A stretch of 64,000 bases of DNA from Mobula hypostoma. Its lineage: Eukaryota. The position numbers and the translations under genes are program-made. Where the stretch lies: assembly GCF_963921235.1 (NCBI RefSeq), contig NC_086097.1, positions 47,494,001 through 47,558,000 of the forward strand, written 5' to 3'. Shown one piece after another: positions 50,400-63,610 of the stretch (within the stretch, counting starts at the first letter, position 1; each line of letters starts with the position of its first letter). Below the pieces are notes generated by a model. The model had not been told where the DNA came from and did no database searches. It saw only the letters and a program-made list of their open reading frames with translations.

Positions 50400-51890
50400 C
50401 TAATGTGATGGTCACTAGGAGCAACAGGGGAGCTAGGATCTATACTCAGTGATAAAAGGAGGGAAGTCATGCATAGGAGAGATCCTAAATAAGTAATTTG
50501 CATTGGTAATCACCATTAAGGAGGACATGGGCAATGGTGAGATCAGAGCAGGAAATGTTAACATCCCAAGGCATATCAGTATTAAGTTTGAGCTGTTAGG
50601 TGTCCCAAAACATTAAACTGCAAGCATCAGATTACTGGGAGAGGCTGGGGCATTGACATTGTATTGTCTCCAAGCACAGGTGAGGTGCCAGAAGATAAGG
50701 GAAAGGGTAGAGAGTAGGTTGTAGCGGTATAAAATTTTGGTTAGACTACATTTACAGTTTTGTCAGCAGATTTGGTCACAACACCGTAGGAAGGATGTGG
50801 AGACTTTGGAAAGGGTAGTGAAGAGGTTTCCCAAGTTCTTGCCAGGGCTGGAGTGTATTAGCTGTAAGGAGAGGTTGGACAAATTTGGATTGTTTTCTCT
50901 GGAGCATTGAAGCTGAGATGCAACTGGTTATAAATAAAATTGAGAAATATCAATAGGATAGAGTCTGTTTCACAGGATGGAAATGGCAGATAGCAGAGGG
51001 CATTGGTTTAAGGTGAGGGGAGATTTAAATGACATGTATAAGAAAAATTACTTACAGCGGAGAATGGTAGGTACCTGGAATACACTGTTGGGGTGATGGT
51101 AGAAACAAATCCACCATCAACTCCATAAGTTCCACATCCTATCTTAGCCAGCTCCAGCTAGTTCCAGGATGTTCGAAGACTAATAAAAAGTTCCTTGTTA
51201 ATTCATCTGGCAACTCCTGGTTTTCACTTTCTGTAGAATCAACAGTAGTGACAATACCAAGCAAGGAAGAATTCCTGGATGATTTTCTGTATCAATAGGT
51301 AAGGAACCAAAGAGAGCAGTCCATCCTAGACTGGGTATTGTGTAATAAGAAAAGATAAATTAGCAGTCATGTTGTATAATGCCCCTTGAGGAGAAGCAAT
51401 CACAGTATGATAGCCTACTAAGACAGAAAGTGACATAATTAAGACTAAGGTCTTGAATCTAAATAAAGGAAACTATAATTGGGCAACAGTTTGCTAAGAT
51501 AGATTTTGCAATGTTACTTATGGGGCTGACAGATCAACAATGTCAAGTATTTAAGAAGCCGTTGGAGGAATTTAACAATTGCCCATTCCTATCAGGCACA
51601 ACAATAGAGCAGAGGATGGCTGAAATGTGGCTAACTAGAGAAGTCAGAGACAGCATTAGATCCAAGATGACATACAAATTGGTCAAAAAAAACCCAAACA
51701 AACTGCAGCCTGGGAACGGTTTGAAATTCAGCAAAGAACAAGCAAGTTACTAAACAAAAAAAAAATCAGAGTAAGATTGCACACAATGTAAAACTGAACT
51801 TTAAGCTTCTATAGATATGTCAAAAGAGACTGATCAGTCAGAAATAAGGATGTTTATAATGGGAACTTTGCAATGGTATTCACCAAGGAC
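50400..51890 (+). mobile_element. Old CR1 fragments
   Basis: Degenerate CR1 ORF2 pieces (e.g. ERLDKFGLFSLE near 50870, WLTREVRDSIRSK). Confidence 0.65.
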
Positions 51891-52243
51891 ATGGAGGTAG
51901 TGACATCAAGGCTTTGTCATGGGAAAAGATTAAAAGGTGGATGAGGAAAATATCCTTGAAGAAAAGGCTCCAGTACAGGACCTTGAATCACATTCTGAAT
52001 AACACTTTGAATTGTTCAGTTTAACTCCATACTACTCAAAAAAAACTGTATCATGGTATCATTGTTCTGTAGAATATTTTCATGTTAATGTCTGAGCTTT
52101 AAAAAGTTCAACTGGAAAACAGAAAAATATTTAAGGTTTAAAGTAGGATAGAATTTGTATTTAACCTAATCTATAGGATACATAAAGTGGAAGGGAATCA
52201 AGTGTTCACTCAAAATTCAAAAACAAAACTGATGCTGGAAACA

Positions 52244-52800
52244 AGAAACATAGAAAATAGGTGCAGGAGTAGGCCATTCGGCCCTTCGAGCCTGCACCGC
52301 CATTCAGTATGATCATGGCTGATCATCCAACTCAGAACCCTGCACCTGCCTTCTCTCCATACCCCCTGATCCCTTTAGCCACAAGGGCCTTATCTAACTC
52401 CCTCTTAAATATCGCCAATGAACTGGCCTCAACTGTTTCCTGTGGCAGAGAATTCCACAGATTCACCACTCTCTGTGTGAAGAAGTTTTTTCCTAATCTC
52501 GGTCCTAAAAGGCTTCCCCTTTATCCTCAAACTGTGACCCCTCGTTCTGGACATCCTCAACATCAGGAACAATCTTCCTGCATCTAGCCTGTCCAATCCC
52601 ATTAGGATTTTATACGTTTCAATAAGATCACCCCTCAATCTTCTAAATTCCAGTGAGTATAAGCCTAGTCGATCCAGTCTTTCATCATATGAAAGTCCTG
52701 CCATCCCAGGAATCAATCTGGTGGATCTTCTTTGTACTCCCTCTATGGCAAGAATGTCTTCCCTCAGATTAAGGGACCAAAACTGCACACAATACTCCAG
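52244..52800 (-). mobile_element. Young CR1 3' end
   Basis: LEYCVQFWSLNLREDILAIEGVQRRSTRLIPGMAGLSYDERLDRLGLYSLEFRRLRGDLIETYKIL, with an intact tail. Confidence 0.9.
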
Positions 52801-53300
52801 GCCAGGCAGCATCTCTAGGAAGAGGTACAGTTGATGTTTCAGGCCGAGACCCTTCGTCAGGACTAACTGAAGGAAGAGTTAGTAAGAGATTTGAAAGTGG
52901 GAGGGGGAGGGGGAGATCCAAAATGATAGGAGAAGACAGGAAGGGGAGGGATGGAGCCAAGAGCTGGACAGGTGATTGGCAAAGGGGATATGAGAGGATC
53001 ATGGGACAGGAGGTCCGGGGAGAAAGACAAGTGGGGGGGGGGAACCAGAGGATGGGCAAGGGGTATAGTCAGAGGGACAGAGGGAGAAAAAGGAGAGTGA
53101 GAGAAAGAATGTGTGTATAAAAATAAATAACGGATGGGATACGAGGGGGAAGTGGGGCATTAGCGGGAGTTAGAGAAGTCGATGTTCATGCCATCAGGTT
53201 GGAGGCTACCCAGACGGAATATAAGATGTTGTTCCTCCAACCTGAGTGTGGCTTCATCTTTACAGTAGAGGAGGCCGTGGATAGACATGTCAGAATGGGA
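52801..53300 (-). mobile_element. Penelope-like element family A, 3' part
   Basis: Near-identical reverse complement of ~115-612. Confidence 0.9.
52829..52864 (-). ncRNA. Minimal hammerhead ribozyme motif (Penelope family A)
   Basis: - strand AGTC-CTGACGA-A-GGGTCTCGGCCT-GAAA-CATC-AACT; intact CUGACGA and GAAA. Confidence 0.7.
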
Positions 53301-55504
53301 AAAAGAAATTTGCAAAAAGAAAATTTTGTAAATCTGTGAGGAGAGAAAGAGTCATTTTGGACTGATGATCTTTCAGAACTCAAAAGTTAGGAAACAAACA
53401 TGGTTTGTATTGCAGAGAAAAAGGCGTAGAAAGAACAAAGTAAATGTTGGTGAGAGGGTGGAGATCAATAAAGGCAACAGGGCAGATGGTGTTGGTGTTA
53501 ACAGAAAGAGGGTGTTGAAGGCCGGTTAAATACAAGTGATCTGTCTAGAGGGGGTACAAGTAGAGGAGAATGAGAACAGTGACAAGAGAAGAACAAACTA
53601 ACATTGCAGCTGTGAAATACAGAACACAGCTGTTCCTGAGTAGTTCAAGCACCATTTGTGGAGAGAGACAGAATTAGCCTTACAAGTTAAAGACCATCCA
53701 ACAGAATTAGAAAGGTTGGCTATTTTGATTTGTTGACTTTAATATTATGTTCCAAAAGCTGCACTGTTCTGAGATGGAAGATGTTAATCATCAAACATCT
53801 GAGGATGCTGAACCAACTCCTTTGCTGCATATCTCTGTTAACACAAAAATTCTCTTTAATTCATTTTAGGAATTCTGTGACTTTTCGCCATGTTAAACTA
53901 CAATTCTTTCCTAGTCAATCTCAGATTAGTTGAAACCCACTTCCCTTGTTCAAGCTTACTTTGGGCTTGTTGGAACAGTGGAAGAGGCCAAGAATAGGTT
54001 AGCATGAAAGGTGCCATGATAGAGGACCAGGTGTTGGTGAGATGAAAGAACCAGGGAGTTGCAAAGGAACCACCGTCTGAAAAGCTGTGTGGTGAATGGA
54101 GGGGAGCATGTATCTCACTTAAAGTTATGTAACATGATCCATTAAATGTGGAGGCTGGTTAAGTGGAAAGCAAGTGCAAGGGGAACTCCATCCTTGCTGT
54201 GCGTAGAAGGAGAGGGGATGAGTGCATAAGTGTGAGGAATTGAACACATGCTGTGACTTATTGGATCTTCCAGAATCCTCTTTTGTTCTGCTGTTGTCAC
54301 AGAGTCACATAGAACAGAAATAGCCTTTTAGCCCTCCACGACCATGCCCACTATCAAGTACGTATTTATCAAAAAACTTCTCTGCCGCTTGTTGAATTTG
54401 CGAATACTGATTTTTAAAAATCTTTTATGTTTTACCACATCTAACACTGATTCTTTAAAATTCAGTTTAATTGAAACCCATTTCTACCAACATAATTTAT
54501 TCTCACCTCAAATTTGCTGACACATTTGTTCTTTTCATTCCTTTGGGAAGTTTGGGCAGCTATATTACAGTACAACAGCCCTTTCTTGTAGTACATTCCT
54601 TGTAGTGTTTTCTCCCTTCACACCATGATGTGATTCCATGACAATATTTTTCTGCCATTCAAGAATCATTTAAAATCACAGAAAAATATTTTATTATAAA
54701 TTCACAATCTACATTGTAGAAATTAGTTTTCTAAGTGAAGCAGAGGTTTATAAATTGCAAAATCATTACACTTTTTAATAACAGGAACACTTGTCAACTT
54801 GAACTTATTTCATACAAACCATGAATTTATTGCTATCTACCAGCCATGCCAGAATGATTATTATAACATTTGCCAATTAACAGGCTGTGATTCATTGCCA
54901 GTTCAACTACAAGAATTACTTGTCGTTAGTCTTAAAAAAAACTTGGTTTAACCTCTCAGGCACAAGAGACATTTCAGTTGAATAACTTGTGATTTTACAA
55001 TATCTAATCGGCAGTATTAATTTTTAAAAGTACAATCATTGAGGCACAGAAACTTAATGAAGTCAGCAAAAATTTGATAAATATTCAGAAGATCCTTTTT
55101 TAAAATCTCTCACTACTTTGTTCCTGTTAAAAGTTTTAATTGCAGAATTAAATAAAATGCAGCAATTAAATGACTGCCTTAGGCTGCCAAATTATTTTGG
55201 TTAAAGCTGTGAACTATTTTGAAAATAGTCATTCAAATGAGTAAGAGAATTTGAGGATGTCTGGACCAGCCAGCTTTTAGAAAACAGTGATTTTGAAAAA
55301 TAAAGGCAAGGATCATAAATATAAACCGCCATGGGTAATGTAAACATTAATAATTGTTAAAGTCACAACAAATTATTATAAAATTATGTTGAAATATTAC
55401 ATCATTCTGACACAGAGGGAGGTTGATGATGGAGTTAACCTTATTGGAAATGCAATGACAGAAAAATACTGCAGTGGGAGAAAAAAGGTTAGGTCCAGCC
55501 TTGG

Positions 55505-55754
55505 TTATACTCCTGTTCCTTTCATTCCCCTTACACCTTCTTTATTGATTATATAGTTGCAGAATGTTTGGGGAAGATGAGGGGCAAAAATAATTTCCAT
55601 TCTTCGTAGAACTGTCCCAGTATTTGAGTCACAAACACTGCCATCAGGAAGCTTGCCTTCTATGTAAATCTGTGTTCGACTAACCATTAGCCTCATCAAG
55701 AGTTGATTTGACCAGGTCAAACCTAGTGTTGGTAACACTCTTCTGTCCACTATG
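55505..55754 (-). CDS. XRCC3: XRCC3 (RAD51 paralog) last coding exon
   Basis: ttttgttttccag|C, then IVDRRVLPTLGLTWSNQLLMRLMVSR...LRRMEIIFAPHLPQTFCNYIINKEGVRGMKGTGV*, matching the XRCC3 C-terminus (PALGITWANQLLVRL..APHLP..EGVRG). Tail-to-tail with KLC1, as in mammals. Confidence 0.92.
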
Positions 55755-57024
55755 CTGGAAAACAAAAAGGATACCATAAAATTTACATATAGTAGCACAT
55801 TTGTAAAATAATAGCTCTTTCAAGGAATGCTGTGCAACAATCTGCACATAGTGTTCATATAAGCACTATAACTGTCGAAAACTATCCTCCTCCAGTACCA
55901 TTCACTAATGCACTGCTCATTTTAATCATTGCAGCTCTGGCAATTATTGGTATTGGTTTAGTGTATTCATGTGTAATCAGTGAAAATCTCATCCTGCCTA
56001 CTATTCACAGATTAAATCATTACACAGTGCATTGCGGCAGAATAAGGTGCAACAGTAACAACGCAGAATAAATTGAAAAAGCTATCAAAAAGTACAGTGC
56101 GGGTAAATGATGAAGTTCAGATCATAACAAGGTAGATTGTGAGGTCAAGAGTCCATCTTATTATACAAGAGGACCATTCAAGTGTCTGGTAGGAGTGGGA
56201 TAGAAGCAGTCCTTGAGTCTGGTGGTACTCTGAGCACCAAATTCCAAGATTAGGTTCTCAGCTCCAAAATTCCTCCCTCAGTCTCTCCATATACCTGTTC
56301 TCCTTTAAGATGTTGGATAAATTGCAGCCAAACAAGTTTGGACACTGAGCCAGTATTCTGAATAAGATTAATTTACTTTCATAGCATTTTCATGAAGCAC
56401 ACCCCAATATTTTGTGAAGAATTATAGTTAATCAGCTGTTGTCTCATTTCATAGCATTTTGTAGCTAACACTGTTTCAATATTCAACTCTGTTCTAAATT
56501 ACAAAAAAAACTATACAAGTAATTCCAATTCCGAGAGCCATTCTGTGATAAAATTTAATAAACACCAGTTATTAATTACTGCAATTGGCCAACTTTAACA
56601 AGGAGATCTAGAGTTTAGGCCATATGATCATAGACATAGGAGACAAAGGAGCAGAATTATGCCATTCGGCCAATCGAGTCAGCTCTGCCATTCCATCATG
56701 GCTGATTTATTATCCCTCTCAACCACATTCCTTCTGCCTTCTCCCCATAACCTTTGGCACCCTGACTAATCAAGAATCTATCAACCTCCGCTTTAAATAT
56801 ACTCAATGATTTGGCCTCCACAGCCGTCTGTAACAATGAATTCCACAGATTCACCACACTCTGACTAAAAATAAATTCCTCATCTCTGTTCTAAATAGTC
56901 AACTTGGACGTTTGACACTTAAGAATTTTATTTTCATAGAAATAAGCTTCCTGCTGTAACAGGTATATTTTGTGCTGCAAACAAATCTTATCCTATCATT
57001 CTTCACATATACTCCATTTCATAA

Positions 57025-60000
57025 AACCATAAGACATAGGTATAAAGTAAGGCTATTTGTCCCATCGAGTCTGCTCTTCCATTCAGTCATGGCTGATCCC
57101 TCCCCCCATCCCCACTCCCCAGCTTCTCCCTGTAGCCTTTGATCCCAAGGCCAATCAAGAGCCTATCAATCTCTGCCTTAAGTACACCCAACGGCCTGAC
57201 TTCACCAAATGCATGGTAATAAATTCCACAAATTCATCACCCTCTGACTAAAGGAATTTTGCCCCATCTCTGTTTTAAATGGATGCCCCTCTATCCTGAA
57301 GCTGTGCCCTCTTGTCCTAGACTCCCCCACCACGTGAAGCATCCTTTCCACATCTACTCTATCTATGCCTTTCAACATTCAAAGGTTTCAATGAGTTTGG
57401 CCACTCATCCTTCTAAATTCCAGCAGGTACAGTCCCAGAGCTATCAAATGTTCCTCATATGATAACCCTTTCATTCCCTGAATCATCTTTGTGAACCTCC
57501 CCTGAACTCTCTCCAATGCCAGCACATCTTTTCTTAGACAAGGAGCTCCAAACTGTTCACAATACATAAGGTGAGGCCTCACCAGTGTCCCGGAAAGCCT
57601 CAGCATTGCATACCTGCTCTTGTATTCTAGACCTCTTGAAATGAATGCTAACATTGCATTTGCCTTCCTCACCACTGACTCAACCTGCAAGTTAACCCTT
57701 AGGGTGTTCTGCACAAGGACTCCCAAGTCTCTGCGTCTCAGAATTTTGGATTTTCTCCTTGTTTAGAAAATAGTCTGCACATTTATTTCTTCTACCAAAG
57801 TGCATGACCATGTGTTTTTCAACACTGTATTTCATTTGCCACTTTCTTGCCCATTCACCTAATCTATCCAAGTCCTTCTGCTACCTTCCTGCCTCAACAC
57901 TACCTGCCCCTCCAGCAATCTTCACATCATATACAAACCTGACAACAAAGCCATCTATTCCATCATCTAAATCATTGATATACAGCATAAAAGGAAATAG
58001 CCCCAACACCAACACCTGCAGAACACCACTAGTCACTGGCAGCCAACCAGAAGAGGACTAATTGCCACTTGCTCAATCCCTTTATCGATCCCACTTGTAA
58101 TCTCCTCAAAGAATTCCAACAGGTTTGTCAAGCAAGATTTTCCCTTAAGGAAACCCCATGTTGACTTTGTCCAATCTTGTTGAGTTTCACCAAGTTTTCC
58201 ATAACCTTATCCTCAACAACTGTCTCCAACATCTTCCCAACCACTGAGATCAAGCTAAATGGTCTACAATTTCCTTTCTGCTGCCTCCCTATTTCTAAAA
58301 GAGTGGAGTGACATTTGCAATTTTCCAGTCCTCTGGAACCACGCCAGAGTCCAATGATTCTTTATACTTTATTGTCGCCAAACAATTGATACTAGAGCTT
58401 ACAATCATCACAGTGATATTTGATTCTGTGCTTCGCGCTCCCTGGAGTACAAATCGATAGTAAATATTAAAAACTTAAATTATAAATCATAAATAGAAAA
58501 TAGAAAAGGGAAAGTAAGGTAGTGCAAAAAAAACCGAGAGACAGGTCCGGATATTTGGAGGGTATGGTCCAGATCTGGGTCAGAATCCATTCAGCAGTCT
58601 TATCACAGTTGGAAAGAAGCTGTTCCCAAATCTGGCTGTACGAGTCTTCAAGCTCCTGAGCCTCCTCCCGGAGGGAAGAGGGATGAAAAGTGTGTTGGCT
58701 GGGAGGGTCATGTCCTTGATTATCCTGGCAGCACTGCTCCGACAGCATGTGGTGTAAAGCGAGTCCAAGGACGGAAGATTGGTTTGTGTGATGTGCTGCG
58801 CTGTGTTCAGGATCTTCTGCAGCTTCTTCTGGTCTTGGACAGGACAACTTCCATACCAGGTTGTGATGCACCCTAGAAGAATGCTTTCTACAGTGCATCT
58901 ATAAAAATTATTGAGGGTTTTAGGGGACAGGCCAAATTTCTTTAGCTTTCTCAGGAAGTAAGGGCGCTGGTGGGCCTTCTTGGCAGTGGGCTCTGCTTGG
59001 TTGGACCAAGTCAGGTCATTTGTGATATTGACCCCCAGGAACCTAAAGCTTTTGACCTGTTCCACTTGCGCACCACTGATGTAAATGGGGTTGTGCAGTC
59101 CGCTACTCCTTCTGAAGTCAACAACTAATTCCTTCGTCTTGCTGACAATAGGTTATTGTCTTCGCACCATGCCACCAGGTTCTTAATTTCCTCTCTGTAC
59201 TCAAACTCATCATTACCCGAGATATGGCCTACAATTGTGGTGTCATCAGCAAACTTATATATTGAGTTCGATGGAAACTCCGCTACACAATCATGGCTGT
59301 ACAGTGAGTACAGCAGGGGGCTGAGTACACAGCCTTGTGGGGCACCAGTGCTCAGAGTGATTGTAGAGGAGATCTTGCCCCCTATTTTTACAGCCTGGGT
59401 CCTGTCTGTGAGGAAGCTGAAGATCCAGCTGCAGATCTGAGTGCTAAGGCCCAGGTTCCGGAGCTTAGGAATCAGTTTATTTGGAATGATGGTATTAAAA
59501 GCAGAGCTGTAGTCAATGAAAAGGAGCTTTACATATGCGTCTTTATTCTCCAGGTGTTCTAAGGAGGAATGTAGGGCCAGAGAGATGGCATCTGCCGTTG
59601 ACCTGTTGCTCCGGTAGGCGAATTGCAAAGCATCTTGGTTGACCGGTAGGCTGTGGTTGATGTGTGCCATAACCAATCGCTCGAAGCATTTCATAGCAAT
59701 TGATGTCAGAGCCACAGGTCGATAGTCATTCAGGCATGCCACCTTGCTCTTCTTTGGCACCGGGATTATCATTGCCTTCTTAAAACATGAGGGGATCTTA
59801 GACTGAAGCAAGGAGCAGTTGAACATGTCAACAAACACTCCAGCTAGCTCGCTTGCACAGGCCCAGAGAACCCGTCCCAGGACGCCATCTGGGCACATCG
59901 CCTTCCTTGGATTTATCTTCAGGAAGGCCTTTCTAACGTCCTCCTCAGTGACAATGAATCTCGATGCCACCAGGTCCAGTTCATCCGAAGGAAGTGGGAC

Positions 60001-61185
60001 GCTACTCTTCTGTTTGAATCTTGCATAGAATACGTTAAGTTCGTCAGGAAGAGAAGCACCACAGTTATTGATATTCCCAGCTTTTTCTTTGCACCCAGTG
60101 ATCTCATTTAGACCCTGCCATAGTCTACTGGCATCCCTCTGGTTAGCCTGGGCTTCCAGCTTGGCTCGATATTGCCTCTTGGCACCCTTAATAGCTTGAA
60201 ACATCATTACGAATGCCTCAACAATCTCTACCACTACCTCTTTCAGAACCCTAAGGTGCAGCTCATCTGGTTCGACTGACTTGTGTAGCTTTAGGTCTTT
60301 CAGCTTTTTGAACACCTTCTCCCTTGTAATAGTAACTGCACTCACTTCTCTTCCCTCACACTCTTAACTCCTGGCTCGTTGCTAATGTCTGATGCAAAAT
60401 ACTTATTTAGTTCATCTGCCATCTCCTTATCCCTGTTATTATTTCTCCAGCCTCATTTTCTAGTGGTTCTAATTCCACTCAACTCTCTTTTATGTGCTTG
60501 AAAAAGCTTTTTCTATCTACCTTGATATTGTTTGCTAGCTTACTTTCATATTTCATCTTTTTCCCTTCTAATGATTCTTTTAGTTGCTTTCTGTAAATTT
60601 TTTTTTTAAAGCTTCCCAATCCTCTACCTTCTCTCTAATTTTTGCTTTGTTGTATGCACTCTTTAGTTCTTTGACCTCCCTTGTCAGCCATAGTTGTACT
60701 ATTTTGCCATTTGTGTATTTCTTTATTTTTGGAATACAGTTATCCTGCACCTTCATCAATTTTTCCAGAAACTCAAGCCATTGCTGCTGTGCTGTCGTCC
60801 CTGCCAGCATCTCCTTCCAACTTACTTTGGCTAGCTCCTCTGTCCTACCACTGTAATTTCCTTTACATTGTAATTCTGCAACATCACACATTGTTTTCTC
60901 CCAGTCAAATTTCAAGTTCAACTCAATCAAATTGTGATCACTATCTCCTAAGGGTTCCTTACCTTAAGCTCTCTAAACATCTCCAGTTCATAACGCCCAA
61001 TCCAGTATAGCTGATTCCCTACTAGGCTCAATGACAAACTGCTCTAAAAAGCCATCTTGTAGGCATTCGGCAAATTCACTTTCGAGATCCATTACCAACT
61101 TGATTTCCCCAATATATCTGCATGTTAAAATTTCCCATGATTGTCATAACTTTGCCCTTTTGACACAACTTTTCTATTTCCTTTT
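57025..61185 (-). mobile_element. CR1 LINE (ORF2 from endonuclease to 3' tail) in the XRCC3 intron, split by a Rex1 insertion
   Basis: Same subfamily as 16937-18990; the sequence CCAATGATTCTT|GAAA is split at ~58360 and ~60195. Confidence 0.85.
58361..60194 (-). mobile_element. Young Rex1/Babar-type LINE, 5'-truncated
   Basis: RT nearly open: KAMCPDGV, DYRPVALTSIAMKCFERLV, LFIDYSSAFNTI, GAPQGCVLSPLLY, KFADDTT; one frameshift near 59145; then FLGVNITNDLTW..SFFPTVIRLLN, AATAAA and an AAGTAT tail. Confidence 0.9.
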
Positions 61186-61394
61186 CTTGCATTTAAATTT
61201 GTGCCCGAGTGCATTTATGTCAACAGTTCAAACCCCTCAATATAGTAACAAATTCCATATTCTTTTTACTGAAAAGCAGTTTGGAATTTTGCAAATTGGA
61301 TTTATTAGCAACTCATTACGTAAAGACCTCTTATTTTGAGTTCCCTCTGCTATACAAACTTACAAAACTGCTGGATTACCAGTAGTAACACGCA

Positions 61395-61957
61395 CTGTCG
61401 AGCACTTCCCCTCCATCTACCAAAAGCAGGGGTTTCCAGTGGCCAACCATTTTAATTTCTATCCCCATTCCCATTCTGATATGTTGGTCCATAGCTTTTG
61501 CCACGATGAGGCGAATCTCAGGGTAAAGAAGCAACACTTCATATTCTGTCTAGGTATCCTCCAACCTGCTGGCATGAGCTTTGATTTCTCCTTCTGGTAA
61601 TTTTTTCCTGTCTCCTTTTATTCCCCACTTTGGCCTCATATCTTCTCCTCACCTGCCTATCACCTCCCACGGTGCCCCTCCTTCCTTTCTCCTATGGTCC
61701 ACTCTCCTCTCCTACCAGATTCCCTCTTTGCCAGCCCTTTATCTTTCCCACCCTATAACCTTCTAGCTAGTCTTCCTTCCTCCCACCCCTGCCTTTTTAT
61801 TCTGGTGTCTTCCTCCTTCCTTTCCCGAAGAAGAGTCTTGGCTCAAAACATCAACTGTTTATTAGTTTCCAGTGATGCTGCCTGACCTGCTGAGTTCTTG
61901 AAGCATTTTATGAGAGTTGCTCTGGATTTCCAGCACCTGCAGAATCCCTTGTGTTTA
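61395..61957 (+). mobile_element. Penelope-like element 3' fragment
   Basis: VEHFPSIYQKQGFPVANHFN..., degenerate hammerhead near 61826, and the shared tail. Confidence 0.75.
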
Positions 61958-62573
61958 GTATTACCAGTAGGGCTCTTCTTTCAAAGAGCCCCAACTGTTG
62001 TCTGCTTAACAATTGCTTTCTATTCCTTTTGATATCAATGTAATCTTTTTCTTGTACTTTATCCAATATTCAGATCATTCGGTAAAATAACTCAACACAA
62101 TCTATGGTCTAACCTAGACTTTAGTTGTTCTACAAATCTGGATTCTATTCCTCCAGAAAAGGAACTGCAATCTTTGTTCTGATGAAGAGTCTTAACTGGA
62201 AATATTTAATTCTGCTTTTCCTTTCACAGATGTTACGTGCCCTGCCAAGGATTTCCAGTATTTAATTCTACTATTTTGGTAATTTATATCATTACCTTTA
62301 AAAAAAAATGCAAATACGTACACCTACTTACCACTTTACCTCTATTGAATTATATTTTATTAACTTATTTATGGTAATATTTTGTTCTATGCACAGTGTG
62401 TGATACATGTACTGTGGTGCACTGTGGTCTGGAGAAACATTTTGTTTGGTTGTATATGGGTCAGAGGACAATAAACTTGAACTATTTCATTTGGATTCTT
62501 ATGGTTACGTTTCATGGCACAAAATAATTCGTTAGTTAAATGCAAATGAATAGGCAAAATAAATTATACTTGC

Positions 62574-62620
62574 CCTAATTGATTCTGAGCCAAATGAGAA
62601 TCACTTACTGCATCTGCTAC
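62574..62620 (-). CDS. XRCC3: XRCC3 penultimate coding exon (47 nt)
   Basis: cttttcttgcag|GTA GCA GAT GCA GTA AGT GAT TCT CAT TTG GCT CAG AAT CAA TTA GG|gcaagt = VADAVSDSHLAQNQLG. Phase 0 to 2 fits the last exon, and size and position match the recalled human exon VTEAMEEQGAAHGPLG. Confidence 0.8.
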
Positions 62621-62699
62621 CTGCAAGAAAAGTACAGAAGATCACTTTAGATTTAATTAAATTACTAATACCACTGGCTTAATTATATGCATACATTAT

Positions 62700-63610
62700 G
62701 AACATACAAACTAGGAGGCCATTTGGTCCTTCAAGCCCACTCCACTATAGCTGACTAAGTTGAAACCTCCATATTCCTGACTACCAATGGTTATCTTTCA
62801 CCACTTAGCTTACTAAGCATCTATCTACCTCTACTTTACAAATATTTAAAGAGTCTGCTTCCTCACCCAGGGGAAAAAAAACCCACTTCTTCTGTCTTAA
62901 ATTGATGAACCCAGTCCAGTTACCTTGCATCCTTCTAGATATACAGTGCCTATAAAAAGTATTCATCCCCCCCACCTTTGTCAAGGAGGATGTCAAAGAT
63001 AAGTTTTTCACACAGACAGTGGTGAGTATGTGAAATACACTGCCAGCAACGGTGATAGATACAATAGGGTCTTTTAAGAGACTCTTAGATAGACACATGG
63101 AGCTTAGAAAAATAGAGGGCTATGCAGTAGGGAAATTCTAGCCAGTTTTTAGAGTAGGTTACATGGTCAGCACAACATTGTGGGCTGAAGGCCCTGTAAT
63201 GTGCTGTAGATTTCTACGTTTTATGAAACCTATCCTGAGGTTTCTTATCTTTTTTTTGCGATATGGCAAGCAGAACTGTATATAGTACTCAGTGTCATCT
63301 AAAGAAGGTTTCATGTGTAACTCTCTAATTGTATCCAATTCTATCTAATTCTTGATTTTTTTTCCTTGAAAAGAAAATTGGCTTTGGTAATTAATCTATA
63401 GTGCAACTTTTATTGATGTGCTTGTGCTCCAAGATCCCTTTGTTCCACTACTCCACTTAGATTGACACTTCGAAGTAATAAAGTGACCTCCCCGCTTTTC
63501 CTAGCAATCTGTATTGAACTTCATTTGTTAGGTTTTTGCCCACTCTCCAAGTTTGCTCATGGTCTTCTGTAATTTGTTGCAGGCTGTAATTTGATATCTC
63601 CTGGAAATTA
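62700..63610. mobile_element. CR1 fragments (- strand copy interrupted by a + strand CR1 3' end at ~62980-63225)
   Basis: CR1 tail motifs in both orientations. Confidence 0.65.
62943..62975. repeat. Isolated Tc1-like terminal inverted repeat
   Basis: TA|CAGTGCCTATAAAAAGTATTCATCCCCC resembles fish Tc1 termini; no partner TIR found. Confidence 0.5.

Noticed and set aside
59125..60345. 406-aa ORF as a single gene
   Set aside because: Chance in-frame fusion of ~50 aa of CR1 ORF2 with the RT of the nested Rex1/Babar element.
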